Positions 37,466-45,833 are shown, counted from the first letter of the stretch. The stretch: 47,165 nt of DNA from a virus (IMGVR_UViG_3300038406_000164:1-47165), one strand, 5' to 3'. Program-made: numbers and translations. The notes: a model not told the origin generated them from the sequence alone.

Positions 37466-37834
37466 GTGCTTTTCCCATGTGTTGACACACGGCGCGCCAT
37501 GAAACGCCCAAACGTTGAACGGTTAACAATGTCAATGAGCGGCGTCCGTTGGACGCCAGCAGCAACATGCCGCCACAAACATATTACCACGAATATGCGT
37601 CAACGCATAATTTATTTTACATTGCACATCACATATTCGTGATGTGCGTAAGCACATCAACTAGCATGTAACGTATCAGCGGTTGGTTGTATGTGTTGCT
37701 GCGCAACACACGCCTGGCGTGCATGGCCTAATCGGTTGGCTCCACCAACCGTAAAAAAATAAAAAGACGTTCCGTGGAAAATTCTGGTGCTCCGCACCAC
37801 ATTTCCTGTTGCTTCGCAACAGAGTCACCGGGTG

Positions 37835-38344
37835 CTACGCACCCGATTCACTATTTTCATTCTCAGCACCATGCCGACTCGCTTCGCTCGTAGGCTCAGC
37901 CACGACATCAATCACGCCTGGCATCTTAGGCATTGGAAGGCCAAGCCTACCCGTGACTTCCCTCAATTTATCCTCAATTTGCGAATCGCTCATCTTGCTA
38001 ATAGCTACATTTACATTCACCTCGGTCTCAGTCTTCTCCGTGAATCCAGCTACTCTGGCAATTTGCACAAGCGACGCGATGTACTTATCCGGTGCACGTT
38101 CCGCAAATGCGCTGATTGCATCAGCGCTTGGCATACACTCAAGCCATCCCGCAAGCAGTTCGATAAAAGGCATTCTATCGTATTGCTTCAGCCGGGCGCG
38201 AACTTCCTCAGCCGAGAAGCCAAGGAATTCAGGCCTTGCGCTATCTCTGTGCGTCACTTCCTTGCCATAAGGTGAGCGTGTTTTGCGTTGGCGCACCGTC
38301 TTCTGTGCAGCTACAGCAGCCACAGCAGGGTCATTCGGGTCCAT
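37835..38344 (-). CDS. Putative terminase small subunit
   Basis: C-terminal EVNVNVAISKMSDSQIEDKL...VIDV is typical of TerS-like proteins. Start uncertain (the ORF extends to 38437). Confidence 0.55.
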   Translation of the reverse strand: MDPNDPAVAAVAAQKTVRQRKTRSPYGKEVTHRDSARPEFLGFSAEEVRARLKQYDRMPFIELLAGWLECMPSADAISAFAERAPDKYIASLVQIARVAGFTEKTETEVNVNVAISKMSDSQIEDKLREVTGRLGLPMPKMPGVIDVVAEPTSEASRHGAENENSESGA

Positions 38345-38924
38345 CTTCTGATTGACGAGATGCGGATCGTTCGCGTCGGACCACTGCGTTGCCCGAGTAC
38401 GGAACCTTCGGCTCTTTCCTGCCATGCGCCAACCCAACTCCCCGCGCGGCCTTGAGGGCCGCGCTCTGTTGCTGTTTCAGAAACTTGTTGTGATCAATTT
38501 GCCTTTGCAATCGTTCCATGGCCATCTCAGCACGCACATTTATGACGCGCGACTGAGTTAGGTTATCATTGGCCACTTCAGCGGCCAAGAATATCCATTG
38601 ATCGATGGCAGTCATCGACGTCATCAAGTACCCATCGGGCCTCTTAATCACGGGAAGACCATACAACTCAACCCATCTCCACAGCGTCACAATCGAACCA
38701 ATGCCCAGATAGTGACAAATGCTCTCACCACCAATCAACAGATTCTGATTTGGATCAATGTATAGGCGTGCTGCATGGCTGGCACCTGGCGTGTCACCTA
38801 CCGAATGCTTTGCATTCGGGACTGTGCCCACATGTGTCGCGCCCCATGGCTTAGATGTGCCACGTAAATCAGGGTGGACTTTGAAGCCATCATGATTACC
38901 CATGGCGGTCCTTTGGACCGCCAC
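38331..38924 (-). CDS. HTH DNA-binding protein
   Basis: GGESICHYLGIGSIVTLWRWVELYGLPV (MerR/excisionase-like HTH). Confidence 0.6.
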   Translation of the reverse strand: MAVQRTAMGNHDGFKVHPDLRGTSKPWGATHVGTVPNAKHSVGDTPGASHAARLYIDPNQNLLIGGESICHYLGIGSIVTLWRWVELYGLPVIKRPDGYLMTSMTAIDQWIFLAAEVANDNLTQSRVINVRAEMAMERLQRQIDHNKFLKQQQSAALKAARGVGLAHGRKEPKVPYSGNAVVRRERSASRQSEDGPE

Positions 38925-39084
38925 GCGTGTTGAGGATCATTTGCTCAATGTACGCCCATTGCTTCTTCACATCATCGCTCAGATCACGCTTCATCTGCTC
39001 GATGTATGCGCATTCGGGCGCAATGCGTTCGGGCGCGGCCTGCGGCCATGAGGTGAAAATATTTTGGGGCCGGACGGGTTTCAT
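38896..39084 (-). CDS. Small hypothetical protein
   Basis: Coupled ORF with an internal AYIEQM duplication. Confidence 0.35.
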   Translation of the reverse strand: MKPVRPQNIFTSWPQAAPERIAPECAYIEQMKRDLSDDVKKQWAYIEQMILNTRGGPKDRHG

Positions 39085-39269
39085 GCACTAAAGGGTACTA
39101 GAAAATGGCGCGGCAAGCAACCCACGGCCCCCAAATGCACAAATGCAAAACCATATATTATCGGACGCTATACGTCCCCGTGTAAAATAACATGAAATAT
39201 GTATCTCCTAATAGCATTATCTTAGTAGGGAACAAATCATGAACAATAAAAAGAGGAAATGTGATTCAT

Positions 39270-39298
39270 TTGCTTTCCCGTGGCGTGTGTCCGATAAT
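39270..39298 (+). promoter_or_regulatory. Sigma70-type promoter for the helicase gene
   Basis: TTGCTT-N17-GATAAT in an AT-rich intergenic region. Confidence 0.5.
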
Positions 39299-39357
39299 AT
39301 ATGGATATGCATTTATACACACCGCCCAAAGCACCCTTAAAAAAATGAGGAAAATCA

Positions 39358-40878
39358 ATGAGTTCGGACGAGCAAACTCCTAATCCTGAAAAAGATGAGA
39401 AAATTGTTAAGATAACCGACTACGGCAATATGGAGGAAATGTTTTCCATAAAAACCCCAGACCACATTATGGGCACGTCAGACGACTCACTAGCAGTGCT
39501 TTTCGCAGATAAATTTCATAAAAACGTGCGATATGTAGGCCAATGGGGCAAGTGGATGGTATGGGAAGGTACTAAATGGGAAATAGATCATATGCTCAGA
39601 GCCTATGAGCAAACACGAGAGTTCATGCGAACTGTTGTTGAGGGCTTACAGAACAAGATATACAAATCCAATCTCAAGGATCTGATTTCTCCTAAATGCA
39701 CAACAACTGAGCGTGCTCGTGGTCGGATGGAGGCTCTCAGAGACTCTCGTGCGAAGGTTAAGCCCCTGTTATCATTTCGCACAATCAACTCTGTGTCAGC
39801 CATGGCGCGAGCAGATAGGCGTATCGCTACAAGCGTGGACACATGGGACAGTAATCCTTATCTATTGAACACGCCTGATGGCACCATTGATCTACGCACT
39901 GGTCATATGCTTAACCATGACCCCCTGGATTACATAACCAGAACTACAATGATTGCGCCTTTGTCACGAAAGCCAAGACGATGGCTCGACTTTCTTAAAA
40001 CTATTATGCATGGCGATGAGGAGATGGTTCGCTATCTACAAAAGATATTTGGCTATTGTCTCGTCGGTGAAACCAAAGAGCACCAAATGTACTTCGCCTA
40101 CGGCACAGGCGCAAACGGCAAAGGCGTCACCCTCAATACAATGCGAAACCTTCTGGGCGATTACGGCGTTGAAGCCAATATTGAGACGTTCATCATAACA
40201 GGATACGAGCGCCATCCAACTGAGCTAGCTGACCTCCGCGGAGCGCGCCTCGTAACATGCGGAGAAACTGACGAGGGCCAACGCTGGGCTGAGGCACGTA
40301 TTAAAACTCTAACGGGCGGTGATCCCGTGAAGGCGCGTTTTATGCGTCAGGACTTCTTCCAATACCAGCCACAATTCAAACTATTTCTGGCTGGCAATCA
40401 CAAGCCGCGCCTGAGTAATGTAGATGAAGCATTGCAGCGACGTTTTAGGCTCATACCCTTTACATACACAGTCCCCCGTGATGAGCGCGACCTTGACCTG
40501 GCAGAGAAAATGAAAGTTGATTGGCCCGGCATCCTTGATTGGGCTATCGAAGGATGCATCATGTGGCAAGCTGAGGGATTGGAGCCACCAGCAGTTGTTG
40601 CGGAAGCTACCAAATCATATCTATCACAGGAAGATGCTATCACCTCATGGTATGGTGACTGCTGCGTTCCAGATGACAAGGCATTCACCTACATCAAAGA
40701 CCTATTTGCATCATGGGCCAAGTGGGCGCAAGACAGCGGTGAGCATCCTGGAACAAAGCGCGTACTCATGGGCCACCTTGAGGAGCGTGGACCACTACTC
40801 AAAATCTTGAAAGGTCGGCGTTCCGAAGGTCTCGGCTTCCACGGAATAGCTCTGGTGGGTCCCGCTGAGTTGAAATGA
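39358..40878 (+). CDS. P4/D5-type SF3 helicase (D5_N plus P-loop); no recognisable primase domain
   Basis: KWMVWEGTKW, LLNTPDGTIDL, Walker A GTGANGKG, IKTLTGGD, GNHKP, RRFRLIPF. Confidence 0.85.
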   Translation: MSSDEQTPNPEKDEKIVKITDYGNMEEMFSIKTPDHIMGTSDDSLAVLFADKFHKNVRYVGQWGKWMVWEGTKWEIDHMLRAYEQTREFMRTVVEGLQNKIYKSNLKDLISPKCTTTERARGRMEALRDSRAKVKPLLSFRTINSVSAMARADRRIATSVDTWDSNPYLLNTPDGTIDLRTGHMLNHDPLDYITRTTMIAPLSRKPRRWLDFLKTIMHGDEEMVRYLQKIFGYCLVGETKEHQMYFAYGTGANGKGVTLNTMRNLLGDYGVEANIETFIITGYERHPTELADLRGARLVTCGETDEGQRWAEARIKTLTGGDPVKARFMRQDFFQYQPQFKLFLAGNHKPRLSNVDEALQRRFRLIPFTYTVPRDERDLDLAEKMKVDWPGILDWAIEGCIMWQAEGLEPPAVVAEATKSYLSQEDAITSWYGDCCVPDDKAFTYIKDLFASWAKWAQDSGEHPGTKRVLMGHLEERGPLLKILKGRRSEGLGFHGIALVGPAELK

Positions 40879-40882
40879 ACGC

Positions 40883-40910
40883 TTGCATCTTACATGCATT
40901 GTGTTATAAT
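40883..40910 (+). promoter_or_regulatory. Sigma70 early promoter
   Basis: TTGCAT-N16-TATAAT with an extended -10 TG. Confidence 0.7.
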
Positions 40911-40957
40911 GCACATTCCGACGCCCCGCGTCGGGCTCGAAACCATAGGGGAAGCAA

Positions 40958-41164
40958 ATGCCACACATCATAGTTACACGTATAACTCACGACATGATCA
41001 GGGCGCGTTCGATTGGCAACTTCCGGGATAACTCAACAAAGTTGCATAATGGCAACATCCAGATATATGTCGATAACGATGTGCTCGACTATATCAATGA
41101 GCAGCGCATCGGCGCCGAAACTGACAATGATGTAGTTCAGCGGATCGTATCCACAAAGCAGTAA
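40958..41164 (+). CDS. Small protein with an RHH-like C-terminus
   Basis: IQIYVDNDVLDYI...ETDNDVVQRIV; RBS GGGGAAGCAAATG. Confidence 0.6.
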   Translation: MPHIIVTRITHDMIRARSIGNFRDNSTKLHNGNIQIYVDNDVLDYINEQRIGAETDNDVVQRIVSTKQ

Positions 41165-41168
41165 CGCA

Positions 41169-41196
41169 TTGGCGTGTGGCTCAGGCCACACGCCAA
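41169..41196. other. Perfect 12-bp intergenic hairpin
   Basis: TTGGCGTGTGGC-TCAG-GCCACACGCCAA. Confidence 0.65.
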
Positions 41197-41212
41197 CACA
41201 AGGGGAAGCGTC

Positions 41213-41443
41213 ATGACTAAAATCCCAAGCATAGACTTTCTGACTGATTGGTATCAGCGCTGGTGCGTTGAACAGGGGCTGCCGTCCATGTCCGCACAGG
41301 AACTCCTCAATGAGGACGGTCTAACTTGGCGCCAGCAGAACATAATCAGCCATTTCCTGGCGCTATGGGATAACCTGGACGCACAACGAGGCGAAGCCGA
41401 GACGGCAGGTTCCGGAACGCCACGTGGCGGCTATGCACCATGA
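41213..41443 (+). CDS. Hypothetical early protein
   Basis: RBS GGGGAAGCGTCATG. Confidence 0.6.
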   Translation: MTKIPSIDFLTDWYQRWCVEQGLPSMSAQELLNEDGLTWRQQNIISHFLALWDNLDAQRGEAETAGSGTPRGGYAP

Positions 41444-41712
41444 GACCTACCATCGAACAACTCCGTGATCCCAAGTTCCACCGCGATCAGTGTCAGTGCA
41501 TGTTCGTCACCCTCGCAACCTGGAAATGGCTTGAGGCCGGTTACGAATTTGACAGTCCTTTTTGGATATCCAAGTTCCCAATTGGTCCCGTCCCTCCTGG
41601 ACACATCGAAATAGCCATGCATGAAGATATGTTCATAGACCTTCGCCGCCGACAGTTCTGTGGCGAAAGCGACAATGATACGATTCGTAGGATCGTATCG
41701 GCATTCATCTGA
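41440..41712 (+). CDS. Small protein with an RHH-like C-terminus (paralog of 40958..41164)
   Basis: IEIAMHEDMFIDL...GESDNDTIRRIVS. Confidence 0.6.
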   Translation: MRPTIEQLRDPKFHRDQCQCMFVTLATWKWLEAGYEFDSPFWISKFPIGPVPPGHIEIAMHEDMFIDLRRRQFCGESDNDTIRRIVSAFI

Positions 41713-41732
41713 TTGGCCCAAAATGGGCCAAT
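41712..41732. promoter_or_regulatory. 21-bp palindrome, copy 5
   Basis: ATTGGCCCA-AAA-TGGGCCAAT. Confidence 0.75.
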
Positions 41733-41764
41733 ATAGTTGTCAATCCAACACGTAGGGGAAGCAA

Positions 41765-41986
41765 ATGACCTCCATCAAAAAAGCCCTAGATGCTGGCATC
41801 ATCGACCTTGATGCCATCGTTCAGGCAACAGAAGCCCAGATGTTTGGCCTGGAAAACCCTGGCTTCTGCATCGCCTGTGGCAATGAGCAAGACGGCTGCG
41901 AGCCTGACGCCCGTGAGTACCGTTGTGATTCTTGTGGCGAACACCAGGTATACGGTGCCGCCGAAATCCTGATACACATTGCATAG
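41765..41986 (+). CDS. Small zinc-ribbon protein
   Basis: GFCIACG..CEPDA..CDSCG; RBS GGGGAAGCAAATG. Confidence 0.7.
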   Translation: MTSIKKALDAGIIDLDAIVQATEAQMFGLENPGFCIACGNEQDGCEPDAREYRCDSCGEHQVYGAAEILIHIA

Positions 41987-41997
41987 GGAGAAAGCAC

Positions 41998-42255
41998 ATG
42001 AAGGTCAAAGAACTGATAGCTCAGCTGTCTGAATACAATGGCGAGTCTGAGGCCCGTATCGCAACTGGTACGTTTGTAGAGAATGACGGTCCCACCTCAT
42101 ACTTCGATGACATGGAATCTTTCCCCGTCCACGAAGTCACGGAGGGTCCATGGTTGGCGACCGAAAAATTCCAGTCGGTAGCCATCTTCTTCGTGGACAC
42201 ATCTTATCGCAGCGACAGCGATACGGCCATAGAACTACGCGACGACGACGTTTAA
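41998..42255 (+). CDS. Acidic hypothetical early protein
   Basis: MKVKELIAQL; RBS GGGAGAAAGCACATG. Confidence 0.65.
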   Translation: MKVKELIAQLSEYNGESEARIATGTFVENDGPTSYFDDMESFPVHEVTEGPWLATEKFQSVAIFFVDTSYRSDSDTAIELRDDDV

Positions 42256-42275
42256 CCAAAGGAAGGAGAACTAGC

Positions 42276-42848
42276 ATGTTGAAAGACCCTAAATGGGAAG
42301 AGACTCCAAAGGAGCCCAAGTACCCACTCCGCCAGCCGTGGATCGACACCATGAAGTCTGGCGAGCACCAGCAGATCAGTGGCAGCTTTGGGCATCCTGG
42401 TCGTGGCTTCTGCGCCATCGGATTAGCACACTGGCTTATTGCTTGTTATGTGCAGCCCGATAACCCTAAAGATTACTACTTGGAAGGGCCACTGGATACC
42501 GACTTATCGAAATTTATAGGTTTTCGCAGTAACAGTGGTTCCTTCCGGCACGAAGTCCCTGGGTTTGGCGGCAGCTTCATGGCAGCCAACGACGCCAGTG
42601 GATGCTCGTTCAAGCAAATGGCAGCCCTTGCCGAGGCGCAACCTGACATTTGCTTCCTGGCGGATAATGAGAAGCTCATCTACAATGACGTCCTCGATGA
42701 ATATCAAGTAATCGTCGATGATGGTCAGGGGCCCTACATACCTCAGACCATGACATATGACGAGAAATGCACACAGGCGGCTAAATACGCGGCTGAGTGC
42801 AATGCACAGATCGATGCCATCGTCGCTGATACGGTAGATGCCATCTAA
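42276..42848 (+). CDS. Hypothetical early protein
   Basis: AAGGAG RBS; WIDTMKSGEHQQ..FCAIG..ANDA motif. Confidence 0.65.
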   Translation: MLKDPKWEETPKEPKYPLRQPWIDTMKSGEHQQISGSFGHPGRGFCAIGLAHWLIACYVQPDNPKDYYLEGPLDTDLSKFIGFRSNSGSFRHEVPGFGGSFMAANDASGCSFKQMAALAEAQPDICFLADNEKLIYNDVLDEYQVIVDDGQGPYIPQTMTYDEKCTQAAKYAAECNAQIDAIVADTVDAI

Positions 42849-42849
42849 T

Positions 42850-42962
42850 TCCGCACGTGCACCCTCGCTAACGTGCGGATAGTCACGCGCCCCGGCGCGT
42901 GACGGGTCCCCGGCCTCCCCCATGCTTCCCCGCACCCGTGGAGGCTGGGGGCCTACATTTTT
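42850..42962 (+). ncRNA. Candidate three-hairpin sRNA with anti-RBS loops
   Basis: Stems at 42850-42879, 42883-42903 and 42905-42953, then a T-run. Loop TGCTTCCCC is antisense to GGGGAAGCA. Confidence 0.55.
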
Positions 42963-42980
42963 AGTACAAGGAGTTGCAGA

Positions 42981-43454
42981 ATGGGATACGGTGGGCTGAC
43001 TGCGTTCTGTGAATTTAAAAACCTAGACAATCCCGAGGATTTAGCGAAGCGCAAAACGCACGAGTGGCGGAAACTGTCGCACGACGACATGGAGCTTGAG
43101 CTTGTCGATCTGTTCACGCGGATCAAGGAACTGCTGGACGAGAGGGCCGCAAAAGACGCCCGCATATCGGAGCTTACCGAAGCGCTGAAACCGTTTGGCG
43201 ATATTTCATGCCCTGCTACTGAGAGAGATTTCTCCGATGACGAACCGATAGTTGTGAAGTTCGGAAGCGATGTGAATTACACCGTCTCGACGTATCGGAC
43301 ATTCGGTGATCTGCGCCGTGCTCGTTTCGCTTTGTGTCAGGCCCCCTCCTCCGACGAGGCCCCGCATCAGCGCGCCGAAGGCGCTTTTCAATCTGGCGCC
43401 GAGTGGAAGCCGCGGATTAAGGAACTGTTGGATGGGCAAGATGCAACATCATGA
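42981..43454 (+). CDS. Hypothetical protein
   Basis: AAGGAG RBS. Confidence 0.6.
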   Translation: MGYGGLTAFCEFKNLDNPEDLAKRKTHEWRKLSHDDMELELVDLFTRIKELLDERAAKDARISELTEALKPFGDISCPATERDFSDDEPIVVKFGSDVNYTVSTYRTFGDLRRARFALCQAPSSDEAPHQRAEGAFQSGAEWKPRIKELLDGQDATS

Positions 43455-43668
43455 CATTGACAACTACGGCTTCTGTCGAAACTGCGGGCGCCTCCTGCCA
43501 TCATCCAGCTGGTGTCAAGGACAAAGGAGTGACCATTCCGTGTGGTACGTTATGCTAGCTCTGGCTGTCTTAATGGTCATTGTCCTGCTGACTGTGAGGC
43601 ACAATCAGCCTTATGAGCCATCAGGCTACGGTGTTGGTGCAAACTCTGAAGGGAGGGTAGTATGGTGA
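43441..43668 (+). CDS. Small Cys-containing membrane protein
   Basis: CRNCG plus a TM helix. Confidence 0.45.
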   Translation: MQHHDIDNYGFCRNCGRLLPSSSWCQGQRSDHSVWYVMLALAVLMVIVLLTVRHNQPYEPSGYGVGANSEGRVVW

Positions 43669-43985
43669 TAGGTAAACTTATATTGGCTGGCCTCGTCGGT
43701 TCAGCCTTATTGGCCACCGAAGTTCGTAGCCAGAAAGGTGATAGCGTCCCTATGTACGATCCCCATGCATACTGTGGGGATGTACGAAAGCCCAGCCAGA
43801 CAGTATATGAGCAATGCATGAATGAGGAGGCGAAAGCCTACATAATTGTCAGGCTGAGGTGGGAAAACATTCCTAAGGTCATTCGTAATCACTGCACCGA
43901 GATGACCTCCTTTGGCCCAGGAACATATTGGGGCCTCCTCGGGTGCATTCAGGCTGAACTAGAAGCACAAAAGGAGCAGATGTAA
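43662..43985 (+). CDS. Secreted/periplasmic Cys-containing protein
   Basis: Signal-peptide-like N-terminus, 4 Cys; GGGAGG RBS. Confidence 0.6.
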   Translation: MVIGKLILAGLVGSALLATEVRSQKGDSVPMYDPHAYCGDVRKPSQTVYEQCMNEEAKAYIIVRLRWENIPKVIRNHCTEMTSFGPGTYWGLLGCIQAELEAQKEQM

Positions 43986-44581
43986 TGAAAAACAGACATA
44001 AAAAAGTTGGGACGACTTCATCAACAGGCCGTTCAAGGGTGGTCAAGTCCGCCCTCGAACGCTACTGGAAGGACATGCCAGTCGTTGAGTCTAAAACGGC
44101 CATCATCTTGGCGGTAAACGAAGCTGACGTTAAGGGCGCGATCCCACGCGATCCCACTTGCTGTGCATTTTCACGCGCCTGCGCCCGGCAGTTCGGCTCA
44201 ACAGCCGTCCTGTTCCTCAAGGAGGTGGCGTACATGGATGTGTTGGACTCTGACAATGTTAGGCGTGTCTATAGGTTCATTGTATCTGCAGCGACGCGCC
44301 GCGCCATTGAGCGGTTCGACAAGGATGGAACAATGCCCATAGGCGTGTCATTTCGCCTAAGGGCCGTGCCCAAGAGCGAGTCGCTGGAATACAATCGCGT
44401 TCTGAACAGGCACAACAAGTACCCGCGTGGCCCAGGAACTAGGAATCGTGTCAAGCCTGGAATCAACTCTCAAGAGCCTTTTGAAGTCAGAAATGGTCAA
44501 GGCCAAGTCCACTTCGTGCATGAGCAGGATAAGCCCAGCGAATATCAAAAGCCTCGCATCGTTAAGAGTGATGTGTCATGA
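43985..44581 (+). CDS. Hypothetical basic protein
   Basis: AAGGAG RBS; TAATG coupling. Confidence 0.65.
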   Translation: MKNRHKKVGTTSSTGRSRVVKSALERYWKDMPVVESKTAIILAVNEADVKGAIPRDPTCCAFSRACARQFGSTAVLFLKEVAYMDVLDSDNVRRVYRFIVSAATRRAIERFDKDGTMPIGVSFRLRAVPKSESLEYNRVLNRHNKYPRGPGTRNRVKPGINSQEPFEVRNGQGQVHFVHEQDKPSEYQKPRIVKSDVS

Positions 44582-44853
44582 CTACTAGGGAACCCGTCTT
44601 TGAATTTACGGTCAGGGTGCGCCTGGGCAAACTATCGCATCAAACGGAACCTGATGATGACAGGTCTACTGAACCTATGACCAGGGGCGCAGTGGCTGAA
44701 GAGCTGAAGGCTCATATCGCAGATGCTGTGGAGGCCTGGGGTGGTCAGTTGTGGCCGGGGCATGTATTGCATTCTAGCAACTTCCATATCGTAACCGTGT
44801 CTAAGGTGTACAAACGAAACGGCGCGCCTCCAGCGGAGCGAGGCGCCCTGTAG
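44578..44853 (+). CDS. Hypothetical protein
   Basis: ATGA coupling. Confidence 0.6.
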   Translation: MTTREPVFEFTVRVRLGKLSHQTEPDDDRSTEPMTRGAVAEELKAHIADAVEAWGGQLWPGHVLHSSNFHIVTVSKVYKRNGAPPAERGAL

Positions 44854-44882
44854 CGCGGTGGGTCCCCGCCCGGGCCGCGCGG

Positions 44883-44924
44883 TGGGGTGCAGTTCTCTTA
44901 CCCTCGATCTGCACCCCATTTTTT
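44883..44924 (+). terminator. Terminator-like hairpin with a large pyrimidine-rich loop
   Basis: TGGGGTGCAG-N16-CTGCACCCCA followed by T6. Confidence 0.65.
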
Positions 44925-44941
44925 AACAAGGATAAAAGCAC

Positions 44942-45193
44942 ATGAAACTGTGGTTACTAAAACAGTTCGAAAGCAACGGCTACGATACGTATGACAGTAT
45001 GGTAGTAGCCGCCGAGACGGAGGATGATGCGCGCCTCATTCATCCATCTATTGGATGGCAAAATAAGACCGGATGGCCCACTGTGTATGACGACTGGGCC
45101 AAAACTCCTGATCAAGTAAAGGTCACGCTGATTGGGGAGGCGGTGGATGGGACAGAACCTGGCGCTATCCTTAGGAGTTTTAATGCTGGCTAA
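44942..45193 (+). CDS. Small phage hypothetical protein
   Basis: GYDTYDSMVVAAETEDDAR...ILRSFNAG; start context AAAGCACATG. Confidence 0.7.
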   Translation: MKLWLLKQFESNGYDTYDSMVVAAETEDDARLIHPSIGWQNKTGWPTVYDDWAKTPDQVKVTLIGEAVDGTEPGAILRSFNAG

Positions 45194-45473
45194 AGTGGCA
45201 TGACCGAGGCAGAGCATAAGGTGACAGGCGGCATCTTACCCATTTCCTAGCTGATTCCATGGTGGGGCAAGGACGTTCGGATCGGTCGCAACTTCATTCC
45301 GTCAAACGCGCCACCCGCCTGCTTAAAATCGTCACCAAGCCGGGCAAAATCGTTGAATTTTGCCGGGCTGGGGCGGCGTAACAAAATTTTTCGGATGGTG
45401 GTGGGCGCGATCCGGCGCGACCGTCACAGGGCAAATTTGGGCGTCGAAAATTTACCATAACCAGGAGGCTACT

Positions 45474-45833
45474 ATGACAATATCGTCAGAGGAAGAGAAA
45501 TACCTAGCTAGCATGGAAGCTCAGATGGATCAGATGATAGCTGAAGCGGCAGACGATCCACTTATGGAATTTGCATATCAGATGGGAAAGGCTACTGTCA
45601 TTCCATTTATCAGACATCTATTGTCAGCTAATGACAAGGAATTCACTAAGGGAGAAACATCAGTTGCTGTGGCGTCAACCCTAAGCTCAATGCTTGAACT
45701 TTACCTGATTTCAGGTAGGCATGAACATGCAAAAAAGGACGCGTTTGACATACTACAGTCAATGATGAATAGGGTGTTTGCAGACGGTACGTATGGAGAC
45801 CCTGGCAAAGTTAGAAAAGGCACCGTTCAGTGA
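45474..45833 (+). CDS. Hypothetical protein
   Basis: AGGAGG RBS before ATG 45474. Confidence 0.65.
   Translation: MTISSEEEKYLASMEAQMDQMIAEAADDPLMEFAYQMGKATVIPFIRHLLSANDKEFTKGETSVAVASTLSSMLELYLISGRHEHAKKDAFDILQSMMNRVFADGTYGDPGKVRKGTVQ

Noticed and set aside
38331-38924. Excisionase or lysogeny module
   Set aside because: No integrase or CI-like repressor was recognised, and an HTH alone is insufficient.
4307-41732. Palindromes as CRISPR repeats or intrinsic terminators
   Set aside because: They are kilobases apart with no spacer periodicity, and have no U-tracts.
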